Program-made: the position numbers and the translations under genes
Shown here: piece by piece, positions 46,291 to 55,990 of the stretch
Layout: the number at the start of each line of letters is the position of its first letter
Numbering within the stretch: position 1 is the stretch's first letter
The notes under the pieces: model-generated
What the model saw: only the letters and a program-made list of their open reading frames with translations
Databases searched by the model: none
Told to the model about the DNA's origin: nothing
Assembly: GCA_015061115.1 (NCBI GenBank)
Contig: SUXE01000006.1
Span: 1-64,000 of the forward strand
DNA: 64,000 nucleotides
Reading direction: 5' to 3'
Source: Bacteroidales bacterium
GTDB taxonomy: Bacteria; Bacteroidota; Bacteroidia; Bacteroidales; Paludibacteraceae

Positions 46291-48849
46291 ATGTCAAAAA
46301 CATTCAGCCTAAGAAGTATGTTAGTCCCTTCTAAGGGACGCTCTGAAACATTGCGTAATGGCGGTGTGGTAATAGGTGGTGTGACTAGTATAGGCACATC
46401 ACAAGAGAATGCATCGACTGTTATCGACAAGATCAACAATACGACTGTCGTTTTGAATGGGGATTATAGCAAAATACAACGTATTTCTATAACAAACTTG
46501 CTAAATCTTACACAGGATGAAATCGGAGCGAATGATTTGTATATCGTATATGCTAGCGGTAGCGATGAAAGTGGCTGGAGTGAGGAATCTTTTATATATG
46601 AAGAAGAAACTTGTCCTGCAGCTTCATTTTTCCAGTGGATAAATGGGAAATGGGAGCATATCACAGATGAGATTGACTTGTCAAAGACGTTGAAATATGA
46701 TTCCTTGCCTAAAGAGACATATATGATAATGTCATTAAATGGACAAACATCGTTCCCAAATATTTATGGCAGGAATCGTGCTGGGCTTCCTATTGCTGTG
46801 CTTGGTAAATATCAGCTTGATGAAAAAGGGGTATATAAACCAATATTTGAGACGACAGGCACACCAAGTGGCGGCACAAGTTCTAATTATACCTGGACGA
46901 TAACCGTTCCATATGCACGCTATTACATTCAGGGAGGAAACCCTATATATGAAGGTGGACTTCTTAGTGCGTCAGACTATAAACGCTTGATTGAAAATAC
47001 TGGTGTTAACATTGACACTGTTGTTCCTGAAAATCCAAGCGATACGCATGTGCCATCGACTAAACTTATGGCCGATAACTTTAAGATTGTAAATTTGTGG
47101 CTAAACAGTTTGTCGGACATGAAAGCGAGTAAAACAGATTTAAGCAACTACTTTGATAAAACTTACATATTAGCCAATTATTACGACAAAAATTCTGTTG
47201 ATAATGCTTTGTCTGAAGTACAAAAAAAGGATACGCTTGCAAGTGATGTTGAGGCTCTCGGCTTCACGAAAAACGCTGGTACAATAACTGGCGTTAATCT
47301 GAATGGAGAGAATGTTGGCAGGTCGGGAGTCGTAGACATTAAAGCGATGCCACTTGGAGGATATTATTCAGCATCTAACAATGGAACTACGCAACCAGGC
47401 AAATGGTGCGAAATAGCATTTTGTTATATAAACCCTAACAGCGTGATTTCTAAAACCCAAATTTTCAGTGTGACACGACCTACTGGACTATATGATAAGA
47501 TGCAAGGTTTAATTAATGTTAGTATCAGAGTCTCATATGGCACAGTGTCGCATTTGTATTTGTTTACTGATAACATATACTTGAAAAATCATTTTAAGGT
47601 GGTATATGACAAAAGTAAAGATAGATGCTCTTTATATGTTACAGCTAATGAGGCGTGGGAAACATGGAGGCTGACTGCTATAAGTTACCCTGTTCAATTT
47701 AGTCAGGGATTAGCACAGATTGTTGATGAGCCAATTGATCCCACTGGAGGCATGTTGGTTGATGCACAATGTTATAACGTTGAGACTTATAATAAAACAG
47801 ACATAGGCCCAATTTATTATGAAGATGTGGCTAATAGGGAAAAAGCTGTGAATGTTAATGCAATAGCATTTTGGAATGGAGCGTACAATTATCAAAATTC
47901 GTCTAATTTGGCTTATTGCCGTCATGGAGCGTTTGGAACAATTGTGACTAAAAATGTAAATGATTATGAAGCAAAAAAACCATTGTGGGCAGCTTATACT
48001 CAAGACTCTGGAGCAGGAAGTTATATAACATTTCTTAGAATGAAAGGAGTCACCGCATACATGGTGGCAAATCGTGAGTATCAGTTTTCGATAAGGCTAT
48101 TAGGGCGGCATAATAGCTTCGGCGGTGATTGTACAATTCGAGTTAAAGGCACTGTTGCTTCTTCTTCTAGCTTGGGCGATCCACGTATGTGGTATGTTTC
48201 GGGAGAAGCAAGCCATCCAGCGATTCGCATGTATAAAATTAGTGACTCTGTGTATGAAATAGCCGTGCTTAAAACTAATAGATACGCATATGCAGATGCC
48301 AAGTTAGAGGACTCGTATGCGTCAACAGGATGTGTTACATTGGAGATGATAACCAATGGCACTTCTCACGGAACTTCTGATAATTATCATGTGCAAGCAT
48401 TACTTTATCAATCAGATTGGAACGAAACAGACCAAAATAGAATAGGTTACATTAAAAATAAACCTGCAGCGGTTACTGAAGAGACTGTATCAGGGTGGGG
48501 GTTTGTTAAGAGAAAGTTCGTCTGCAGAACAATCACATATTCCAATGGAGCATATGGTGGTGCAATATTAGATAGCAGAGGTGTGGATAAATGCACTGCA
48601 TACAATGGACGTTCTCTTAGTGTTACAATTACAGGATTAACCACGCAGCAGGAGTATCAAGATTTTTTGTTGCAAAATACAATTTCAGTATCTTATACTT
48701 ATTTTGAAGATGGAGTTGCTACAAGGTCGGATGGAATTATCAGTAAAATTAGTGCAGGAACTGCAATTAATATTCAATTGAAACAAGACATGTTGCATCT
48801 GACGGATGCACTTGTATACGTAAGTGTTGTTTTTGATAAAATTATTTAA
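46291..48849 (+). CDS. Tail fibre / receptor-binding protein
   Basis: 852 aa, in the tail-tip module. Confidence 0.45.
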   Translation: MSKTFSLRSMLVPSKGRSETLRNGGVVIGGVTSIGTSQENASTVIDKINNTTVVLNGDYSKIQRISITNLLNLTQDEIGANDLYIVYASGSDESGWSEESFIYEEETCPAASFFQWINGKWEHITDEIDLSKTLKYDSLPKETYMIMSLNGQTSFPNIYGRNRAGLPIAVLGKYQLDEKGVYKPIFETTGTPSGGTSSNYTWTITVPYARYYIQGGNPIYEGGLLSASDYKRLIENTGVNIDTVVPENPSDTHVPSTKLMADNFKIVNLWLNSLSDMKASKTDLSNYFDKTYILANYYDKNSVDNALSEVQKKDTLASDVEALGFTKNAGTITGVNLNGENVGRSGVVDIKAMPLGGYYSASNNGTTQPGKWCEIAFCYINPNSVISKTQIFSVTRPTGLYDKMQGLINVSIRVSYGTVSHLYLFTDNIYLKNHFKVVYDKSKDRCSLYVTANEAWETWRLTAISYPVQFSQGLAQIVDEPIDPTGGMLVDAQCYNVETYNKTDIGPIYYEDVANREKAVNVNAIAFWNGAYNYQNSSNLAYCRHGAFGTIVTKNVNDYEAKKPLWAAYTQDSGAGSYITFLRMKGVTAYMVANREYQFSIRLLGRHNSFGGDCTIRVKGTVASSSSLGDPRMWYVSGEASHPAIRMYKISDSVYEIAVLKTNRYAYADAKLEDSYASTGCVTLEMITNGTSHGTSDNYHVQALLYQSDWNETDQNRIGYIKNKPAAVTEETVSGWGFVKRKFVCRTITYSNGAYGGAILDSRGVDKCTAYNGRSLSVTITGLTTQQEYQDFLLQNTISVSYTYFEDGVATRSDGIISKISAGTAINIQLKQDMLHLTDALVYVSVVFDKII

Positions 48850-48854
48850 TAAAT

Positions 48855-49460
48855 ATGGGAAAAAGAATAAGAATCGGAAAAGATATCGCTATTGCTTGGC
48901 ATATCACATTGCCGGAAGACACTGACGAATTGTTGTCAGATATGGATCTGACTATTGCGATGAAAGACCCCAAGGGGTTGCTGATTGCAATTAAGGATTA
49001 TGTTGTGAATGGTAATGATGTGTTGATAGGGCTTAAAGGGACTACTTTTGCGTGGCTTGGCAATTACACGCTTACGCTTTGGAAAAACAAAGGCAAAGAT
49101 GGGCAAACGGTTGTTGATGCCGTTAATGCTTTTACCCTTGTTAACTCGACAGACAAAGAGGCAGATGATAACAGCTCAGGAAGTGGCGTGCTGGAGATTA
49201 AAACAGTTGATTTGTATTCTGAACTTACGTTTTTGGTAAATTCGGCAGGTGCTAATGCAGGTCTAACAGAAAAAGTGGCATTATTGGAAAAACGAATAGG
49301 AGAGTTGTCGGACAGCAAACAAGATAATATTACATTAGATGACACGCCTCAAGCCAAATCTAAAAATCCTGTCACATCAGAAGGAATCAAAGCTTATATA
49401 GATAGTAGTCTTGGCGAAGTCAATCAGATTTTAGAACAATTAATAGGAGAAAACGTATAA
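48855..49460 (+). CDS. Hypothetical tail-fibre-associated protein
   Basis: 201 aa with a C-terminal coiled coil. Confidence 0.35.
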   Translation: MGKRIRIGKDIAIAWHITLPEDTDELLSDMDLTIAMKDPKGLLIAIKDYVVNGNDVLIGLKGTTFAWLGNYTLTLWKNKGKDGQTVVDAVNAFTLVNSTDKEADDNSSGSGVLEIKTVDLYSELTFLVNSAGANAGLTEKVALLEKRIGELSDSKQDNITLDDTPQAKSKNPVTSEGIKAYIDSSLGEVNQILEQLIGENV

Positions 49461-49807
49461 TGGCAACAATCGCAGAAAATTTGCAGAAATTGATTACTGC
49501 AAAAAATAATATCATAGATGCATTAAAAGACAAAGGGATAGAGATGCCAGACAATGCCAATCTTAGCAGTGTCTCATCCCTTATTACATCGTCTTCTATT
49601 GCTCCACAGACAGTCGCAACTGACATATCCAAATGCGGTCGGCTTTTGACTAAATTTGCGGTTTTTCAGATATCCATCTTAACTCTCCGTACAACACAAC
49701 AGATTATCAAAATAACAGAGGCTACCAAAAAGCAACCATTGCGTTTGATATGCTCGCAACTATCAAAGAAGAGTTGGATTTTGTCGCATTTAATGGAGAT
49801 TGTATAA
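49460..49807 (+). CDS. Hypothetical phage protein
   Basis: 115-aa ORF; overlaps the next gene's predicted start. Confidence 0.3.
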   Translation: MATIAENLQKLITAKNNIIDALKDKGIEMPDNANLSSVSSLITSSSIAPQTVATDISKCGRLLTKFAVFQISILTLRTTQQIIKITEATKKQPLRLICSQLSKKSWILSHLMEIV

Positions 49808-51180
49808 TCGATGAGAGTGGAGATGCCAATGTCTTTGGGGCATTAGCCCCTATATTTGACACGTATAGAGAAAAGCTTGGTAATGTCCCATTGTACATGA
49901 TTCCAGGCAATCACGACAGAGGGACGACAATAGATGTTTGGCATGAAGTGTCTAAGCCGAATTGGGATGGTGTTACATTCCGAGATTCGGACAAAGTTTG
50001 CTTCTATAAAGAAATCAATGGAGACTTGTATGTTTGGTTTGGTTTGTGGGGAAGTTCTTCTTTTAGTTATTCGGAAGGAATGTATAAATGGCTTTTTGAT
50101 TTGTTAGATGCCAATTCCAACAGACCCCGTATATTTTTATTTACTCATTGGTTTGATGGATCAGTGGATAATTGGGGATGGAGAGCGTTGGCGGGCCAAT
50201 ATTACAATAATGGCTGGTCTTCGGATGAGGCTTCACATCCAACTAGAGGTCAATTCGGCAAAATAAAAAATTATAAAAATGTGATATGGTTTACGGGTCA
50301 CTCACATACGGACTGGGAGTATGAGAACACATATCCGACAATTAAAGTGCATGCTAATGACACGGCTAAAATGGTTAGTATTCCATCTTTGTACACTAAT
50401 GGCGAATTGGCAATTGTGTCTGTTTATTCTAATATGGTTGTGATTCAGCCGTACAAGAAAAACGCAGTCATTATGACAGAGAAAGTATATTTTATAGGAA
50501 ATGCTACAAGCGTAAAAAAAGAAAATGTTGATATTTTAGACTGGGAGACAATTGACAGTAGCCACCCTACATGTCTTAAATTGATATATGAAGTGAATGA
50601 TATAACCACCCCTACTGCACTAGTTGCGGATGGCTCTCAGTCTGGACAATCTGCATATAATATGAATTATATATCTGACATGTATATTGATGGTGTTCAA
50701 GTTACACCAACGGCTACATATCAGTTTGGCAATGCAGGTAAACATATCGTATTGATTCAATTGGCAGAAAATCATTTTCATGGAGGAATGTTTTACAAAG
50801 TACATGATTTGTGGTCTGTGTCAGTTCCGGCAAATGTCACAAATTCTGCCGCTTCAGTATTTAAAGGTTGCTCTAAATTAAAATATGCAAGATTTGGCAT
50901 GACATTGTCAAATAAACTTGAAAACAATTTTGTCGACAATGTAGTCAAATTGGAAGTCGTTAAGTTTGGTGCGGGAGTGCCTGGCCTTAATGGTGCTAAC
51001 ATTCTAGCGAATGTTCCAGCATTGACAGACATATACATAGAAGGAAATACTTTTGATGTGACAGATGCGATTGGATCAACGGACATAAGCGACACTTATA
51101 TTGTGCATGTCAATAGTGGCATTGATCAAAACTCTATTATTTCTAAATTTCCTAACGCAACTTTTGTCGTAGATTTGTAA
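49750..51180 (+). CDS. Tail-module protein with an N-terminal calcineurin-like metallophosphoesterase domain and C-terminal leucine-rich (BspA-like) repeats
   Basis: Phosphoesterase motifs FNGDCIID (GD), MIPGNHDRG (GNHD), FTHWF, GHSHTDWEY (GHxH). C-terminal repeats VVKLEVVKFGAGVPGL...LTDIYIEGNTFDV. Confidence 0.6.
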   Translation: MLATIKEELDFVAFNGDCIIDESGDANVFGALAPIFDTYREKLGNVPLYMIPGNHDRGTTIDVWHEVSKPNWDGVTFRDSDKVCFYKEINGDLYVWFGLWGSSSFSYSEGMYKWLFDLLDANSNRPRIFLFTHWFDGSVDNWGWRALAGQYYNNGWSSDEASHPTRGQFGKIKNYKNVIWFTGHSHTDWEYENTYPTIKVHANDTAKMVSIPSLYTNGELAIVSVYSNMVVIQPYKKNAVIMTEKVYFIGNATSVKKENVDILDWETIDSSHPTCLKLIYEVNDITTPTALVADGSQSGQSAYNMNYISDMYIDGVQVTPTATYQFGNAGKHIVLIQLAENHFHGGMFYKVHDLWSVSVPANVTNSAASVFKGCSKLKYARFGMTLSNKLENNFVDNVVKLEVVKFGAGVPGLNGANILANVPALTDIYIEGNTFDVTDAIGSTDISDTYIVHVNSGIDQNSIISKFPNATFVVDL

Positions 51181-51463
51181 AAAAAAGATAGTGAATTTTA
51201 TTGAAAAATGTTGCACAATTCAATATAATTCACTATCTTTGTAATGTAATCAAAAGAGATGATTACCGAGAGGCAACGTACCTCAATTGTATAACGGATA
51301 AAACCTAACTGAAATGAAAATCCAAGAAGTTTCAGTGAAGTTTACAATCTTCGGACTAGAAGTGACTATCAAAGTCAAATCTTTGAAGAAGAAGTAAAAT
51401 TCAGAGGTTGGGAAGTTGGAGCTTCCCTTCCTCCTTAGGTTTTATGACACAAAAATAATCAAT

Positions 51464-51643
51464 ATGAAAACACCAACAAAACAAAAAGGAGGAAAAAGAG
51501 AGGGTGCGGGACGCAAAAAGACAACAGAGAAAAGGATAATGTTTGGCGCGTCATCTGAAGTCCTTGGAATTTTAGAAGGAATAGAGGGCAATAAAAGTGA
51601 GTTTATCAACAAAGCGATATTGGCATATTCGAATAACAAATGA
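51464..51643 (+). CDS. Small basic protein (KQKGGKREGAGRKKT), putative DNA-binding
   Basis: Start chosen at MKTPTKQKGG. Confidence 0.3.
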   Translation: MKTPTKQKGGKREGAGRKKTTEKRIMFGASSEVLGILEGIEGNKSEFINKAILAYSNNK

Positions 51644-51679
51644 TTTGTCATGAGTAAATAAAAAATTAAATTGATAACA

Positions 51680-51711
51680 AGACGTAGAGTTATGTTCTAC
51701 GTCTTTTTTTT
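51680..51711 (+). terminator. Rho-independent terminator (AGACGTAGA-gttatgt-TCTACGTCT plus T8)
   Basis: Seen directly. It lies inside the ORF-track start of 51671..52228, so the holin start is placed downstream. Confidence 0.6.
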
Positions 51712-51749
51712 ATACATTTGTAAAAACGGACTGAAAAATTTTTTAATTA

Positions 51750-52228
51750 TGTTGGAATACATTACTACAGGAAACTGGGATGCATTAGTGTCAGATTGCA
51801 TTGTGCGAATTATGATAATATTATTGAGCTGGGCATGTGCTGTTGCATCATCATTTATTGATTTGTGGAGTGGGGTGGATACGGCTAAAGCATTAGGGGA
51901 ATCAATACAAAGTGACGGGTTAAGACGGACGGTGGTCAAGATTGGTGATTATATGCGAGTCATGTTGTTTTTGCTGATGTTTGATTTGCTTGGCGCTTTT
52001 TTAAGTTTTTATGTTATGCCGTTTGCGACAATGTTAGGAGCGTTGTCAATTATACTAATAGAAGGAAAGTCAGTAATCGAGAATTCACGACGCAAAAAAA
52101 GTAATTCTGCTAACATCCCAGATGTTATGCGGCAAATCGTCAATGCAAAAAATATTAGGGAAAGTAAAGAAGTATATGAGGCAATTTTGAAAGAACTTAA
52201 TAACACTAAAGCGAATGAGAACAATTAA
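51750..52228 (+). CDS. Putative holin (2-3 TM)
   Basis: Hydrophobic helices; immediately upstream of the amidase. Confidence 0.45.
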
Positions 52229-52619
52229 CCGAATTATTATCCATTGCAGTGATACTAGGCAGGGGCAAATAGTAGATGCTAAGGTTATAGACAGATGGCA
52301 TCGAGAAAAAGGATACCGTAAAATAGGATATCATTATGTTGTTCTGGAAGACGGCACTATTGAGAAAGGAAGGGATGAGGCTGAAGTTGGTGCGCATTGT
52401 CTTAGATATAACAATGGATCGATTGGAATTTGTTATTGTGGCGGCAAAGGTGCGGACGGCAGACCAGCGGACACAAGGACACAAGCGCAAAAAAAAGCCC
52501 TGATATTTTTAGTGCAAGATTTGTGTGCAAGATATAAGATCGCAGATATTGCAGGACATTGTGAATTTGCGAACAAGGCATGTCCTTGTTTTGATGTTAA
52601 AAAAGAATTTAAGTTATGA
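52215..52619 (+). CDS. N-acetylmuramoyl-L-alanine amidase (amidase_2/PGRP) endolysin
   Basis: IIHCSDT...GYHYVV...HC...C zinc-amidase pattern. Confidence 0.85.
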   Translation: MRTINRIIIHCSDTRQGQIVDAKVIDRWHREKGYRKIGYHYVVLEDGTIEKGRDEAEVGAHCLRYNNGSIGICYCGGKGADGRPADTRTQAQKKALIFLVQDLCARYKIADIAGHCEFANKACPCFDVKKEFKL

Positions 52620-53050
52620 AACATGACGAAAAAAAAGCATCGTGCCTTTATTCTGTTATTGCCATAGCGGTTGTCTTGCTAATGTTTTTGTATTTGTTTA
52701 CTGGATGTAAGACAGTTGAGTCTGTGCCATCAGTGGAATATGTTAAAGAATATATTGATAGATATTGTACAGACACTTTGCTTGTGTATGTGAGTGATTC
52801 GACTACAATAGAAAAAAATGGCGACTCTACGACTGTAACGAAAAGTAAAAGCAGAGACACATATCGAGGTAAGACCAGGATAGACACGGTCAAAGTCACA
52901 AAATATGTGAAAGAACCATATAGAGTAGAAGTTGAAAAAAAGTTAAGCAAGTATGAAGAAATTTCACTTAAAGTAGGAATGTGGCTAATACCTATTTTGG
53001 CTATATTGGTTGTAATTGCTATCTGCCGTTTTGTCTATAAACGTAAATAA
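52616..53050 (+). CDS. Unimolecular spanin candidate (N-terminal lipoprotein signal LFTGC plus C-terminal TM)
   Basis: Lipobox L-F-T-G-C after a signal helix; C-terminal hydrophobic helix WLIPILAILVVIAICRFV; position after the amidase. Confidence 0.45.
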   Translation: MKHDEKKASCLYSVIAIAVVLLMFLYLFTGCKTVESVPSVEYVKEYIDRYCTDTLLVYVSDSTTIEKNGDSTTVTKSKSRDTYRGKTRIDTVKVTKYVKEPYRVEVEKKLSKYEEISLKVGMWLIPILAILVVIAICRFVYKRK

Positions 53051-53143
53051 CATTTGTTTTTTTTTGTGTCAAACAGCATATTCAATTTGTCCTTATAGTA
53101 TTTGCATTCTGTTATTTTTGCATTTCATTTAAATACATAAAAA

Positions 53144-53518
53144 ATGAATGAAGCACAAAGAAAACTAAAAATGATTGTCAATGTGGTTGTGTCTGCAAGT
53201 GTCACAGCAATAAAATTCGAAAATGAAGAAGAAATTCTTATGCGAGACATTTTTTCAAAATCTAAACGGGAAAATGTCGTGAGGGCAAGGACGCTATTAG
53301 CGGTAGCTCTGTACAAATATGGTTACACTGTTGAAGATGTAAGTTTTGTGCTGAATGTCTCCAAGTCTGCTGTAAGTAAAATGTTTGTTGCTCACGAAGA
53401 GTACAAGAAATTAAGTCGTATATATGATTTGACGTGTGAGAGTGTCAAGCGACAGATAGAATCTTATCGCACGCAAGACGATGAATATATGCAGAGGGTT
53501 ACATCAATGATTGAATAG
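53144..53518 (+). CDS. Small protein resembling DnaA C-terminal (domain IV) HTH DNA-binding domain
   Basis: SKSKRENVVRARTLLAVALYKYGYTVEDVSFVLNVSKSAVSKM fits the pattern rR..v..aRq.AmyL.r..t..Sl.eIG..fg.rdHsTV.hA. Confidence 0.4.
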   Translation: MNEAQRKLKMIVNVVVSASVTAIKFENEEEILMRDIFSKSKRENVVRARTLLAVALYKYGYTVEDVSFVLNVSKSAVSKMFVAHEEYKKLSRIYDLTCESVKRQIESYRTQDDEYMQRVTSMIE

Positions 53519-53529
53519 ATTCTAAATGC

Positions 53530-53558
53530 AAAGACGGTGTTATACATCGTCTTTTTTT
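53530..53558 (+). terminator. Rho-independent terminator (AAAGACG-gtgttatacat-CGTCTTT plus T-run)
   Basis: Seen directly. Confidence 0.55.
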
Positions 53559-53706
53559 ACCTAATTTTTTCCTAACTTTTTCCCAGTTTTTCCTCAGTTG
53601 TTAAAAAAGCATTTTCCAAGATTTGAATTATTGTTAAAATAAATATTCTGAAATAGTTCCTTACTATTTCCTGCTTTTTTGTTCTAAATGCCAAGCGAAT
53701 ATAATT

Positions 53707-54606
53707 TTGCGACATAAACATAAACAAAAAGATATGGAACAAGTGGAAAAAATCTTATGTTGCGACAGACCGTCCGACAACAGTGCTATGTGGGCAGCGC
53801 TCATGGCAAACAAAAACAACAGCAATGATTGGATGTATGCCAATCAGATGAACAACCCTATGTGGTTGGTATGGATGATGGCTATGCGTTGGATGTATGG
53901 CAACAATGATGGCAACAATGCACAGTTGGCACAAATTCAAAGCCAAATTTCAGACAATCAGTCATTCAACAACATGATGTCAGCCATCACGCAGAATCAG
54001 AATGTAATGAATGACATTGCGACACGCACGTCAACTTCAATAGATTTTGTTCGAGAGTCTCTTTACCAATTAGGTGCTGCGGTGCAGAATGTGGCTGGAA
54101 AAACCGAGTTGAGCGCTGAAAGAGTGGCTAATGCTGTGGCTTTAGGCGATCAGAACATCATTTCACAGATGTTGCAGTGTTGTTGCCAGGGCAAACAGTT
54201 GATTGTTGAACAAGGCTATCAGAATCAAATTGCGACGGAGAGATCGGCTACCGTTCTTGGCTCTAAAATAGACGGTAATTTTGCCGCTTTGCAATTGCAG
54301 AATTGCAAAGACACAGGTGGTATTATAACACGTATCGACCAGCTTGCAAATGGAATCACACAGGGATTCAGCGCGACAAATTACGAATCGGCACGCTTGG
54401 CTCGTGACACTCAGGATGTTGTGAAGTATGAGTCTCAGAGACAGATTGATGCGATAGCAGCAGGATTCAAGAGCATTGAGGATAAGATGTGTCAGAATGA
54501 GATCAACACTTTGCGTGCTCAGCTTGAGGAAAAAGACCGTCGTTTGATGCTTCAAGACTTTGTCTCTCAAGTTAAAGCAAGTGGCAATTGTGGTTGCGGT
54601 TGCTAA
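53707..54606 (+). CDS. Hypothetical cargo protein, Asn/Gln/Met/Trp-rich N-region, C-terminus GNCGCGC
   Basis: 299-aa ORF with unusual composition (MWAALMANKNNSNDWMYANQMNNPMWLVWMMAMRWMYGNND). Confidence 0.45.
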   Translation: MRHKHKQKDMEQVEKILCCDRPSDNSAMWAALMANKNNSNDWMYANQMNNPMWLVWMMAMRWMYGNNDGNNAQLAQIQSQISDNQSFNNMMSAITQNQNVMNDIATRTSTSIDFVRESLYQLGAAVQNVAGKTELSAERVANAVALGDQNIISQMLQCCCQGKQLIVEQGYQNQIATERSATVLGSKIDGNFAALQLQNCKDTGGIITRIDQLANGITQGFSATNYESARLARDTQDVVKYESQRQIDAIAAGFKSIEDKMCQNEINTLRAQLEEKDRRLMLQDFVSQVKASGNCGCGC

Positions 54607-54615
54607 AAAAAGGAG

Positions 54616-55020
54616 GTGGGGATGGTTACAATATCACCTGTCGGCTTGGCTACTGCAGCGTTAGTGGCAAACCAAGTCAGTTTGCTGGCGACATATAAAG
54701 AAAAGTTGTGCAATTCTGGTTGTTCTCAGACGGTAAAGCCGCAGTATTCTATAAGTTACACTTATGGGACACCCGTACTAAATGAGACTACAGTTTTTGT
54801 TCCCGTCACTGCAATTATCACAATTGTCACGTCAGATTGTTGTGGGTGTGGCAAGACCCGAATCTTTAACGAAAGATTCACTGCGGCATTCCAAGGGCAG
54901 ACAGCTGTTCCTACAAGTGTAACGATTACAAGTGAGGGCAGGCAAACCAATGACGAAAACGGATGTTGCAGATCCGGAACTTACACAATCAATGATTCAT
55001 TAACAATTCTAATTGCATAA
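54616..55020 (+). CDS. Hypothetical Cys-cluster protein (DCCGCGKTR...NGCCRSG)
   Basis: 134-aa ORF. Confidence 0.4.
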   Translation: MGMVTISPVGLATAALVANQVSLLATYKEKLCNSGCSQTVKPQYSISYTYGTPVLNETTVFVPVTAIITIVTSDCCGCGKTRIFNERFTAAFQGQTAVPTSVTITSEGRQTNDENGCCRSGTYTINDSLTILIA

Positions 55021-55504
55021 GCTTATGATGTTTAGAGACCTTAAACAAGGCGACACTTTATATGTGTACGACCGTGTAGCAATCACGTTGAGTGCCGAAA
55101 AAGTAGTTAATGTATCAGCCCCACACCTTGATAAGAACAATGTGGCGAATGGGATGATGGTTGATGTCACGATCGGCAATGTTCAGTATTCGTTTAAGGA
55201 CGCTAGCGAAGTGGGATATACTACTAATCTTGTAATAAGTCCTAACAGAGCTTGTGTTTTGCGAGAAGTCAAAAATCACAAGACGAATAACGAAACACAG
55301 ATATCGATGACTCCAAGGCTGCAAGAGGAATTGCCTAAGCTTGATGTTGTTATTGAGGAACTTGAGCCTGAACTTAAAGAGAAGAAGGAACAAGATGCAA
55401 AACTGGCTAAATTAGCAGAAGAAATTCAGTCGATGAAGCAAATGTTTGAACAGGCACTAAAACAAATGTCAAATGGAAGCAAGAGAGTTGATACAGAGAT
55501 TTGA
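55013..55504 (+). CDS. Hypothetical protein with a C-terminal coiled coil
   Basis: 163-aa ORF. Confidence 0.4.
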   Translation: MHKLMMFRDLKQGDTLYVYDRVAITLSAEKVVNVSAPHLDKNNVANGMMVDVTIGNVQYSFKDASEVGYTTNLVISPNRACVLREVKNHKTNNETQISMTPRLQEELPKLDVVIEELEPELKEKKEQDAKLAKLAEEIQSMKQMFEQALKQMSNGSKRVDTEI

Positions 55505-55940
55505 TGCAATGCACATAGAAGACGGCATGCTGCGTAAGGCGTTTGTTATGTTGGCTAATGCGTCGACTAGAAGTGCAATGCAATTTCTGGAATTTGTTGA
55601 AGGTGTTAATTCGTATGACAATTACATAAGCGAAAGTGAAGCAATGGAAATTGTCAGTAAGTTTAAAAATGCTGATGGCACAGAGGGTGCTAAATGGTCT
55701 CCAGAAGCATTGTTCAGCAAAGTTGCATCTTTAGGTGGCAATATTGATCATGCACCTAAATACAACAAATGGGCTCTGTATGTCACAATGAATATGGAGC
55801 ATAGCGATCATTATCCAGTGTTGCAGAAATGGACTGGAAGTGACGCAACCAAATACGCTGAGGCTTGCTATGATCTTGCCGTTTCGCAGCTGAAGGACAA
55901 AGACAGACATGATTGGATAAGACGGTATTTCCAACTGTAA
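55473..55940 (+). CDS. Hypothetical protein
   Basis: 155-aa ORF. Confidence 0.4.
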   Translation: MEARELIQRFDAMHIEDGMLRKAFVMLANASTRSAMQFLEFVEGVNSYDNYISESEAMEIVSKFKNADGTEGAKWSPEALFSKVASLGGNIDHAPKYNKWALYVTMNMEHSDHYPVLQKWTGSDATKYAEACYDLAVSQLKDKDRHDWIRRYFQL

Positions 55941-55962
55941 ATTCTGATTTAACCTAAACCTA

Positions 55963-55990
55963 GGGCAGTGTGACAACTGCCCTTTTTTAT
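55963..55990 (+). terminator. Rho-independent terminator (GGGCAGT-gtgaca-ACTGCCC plus T6)
   Basis: Seen directly; overlaps the integrase 3' end, so it is likely bidirectional. Confidence 0.55.

Noticed and set aside
51671-51749. ORF-track start of the holin gene at 51671
   Set aside because: An intrinsic terminator hairpin plus T-run occupies 51680-51711, so the start was moved to M at 51750.
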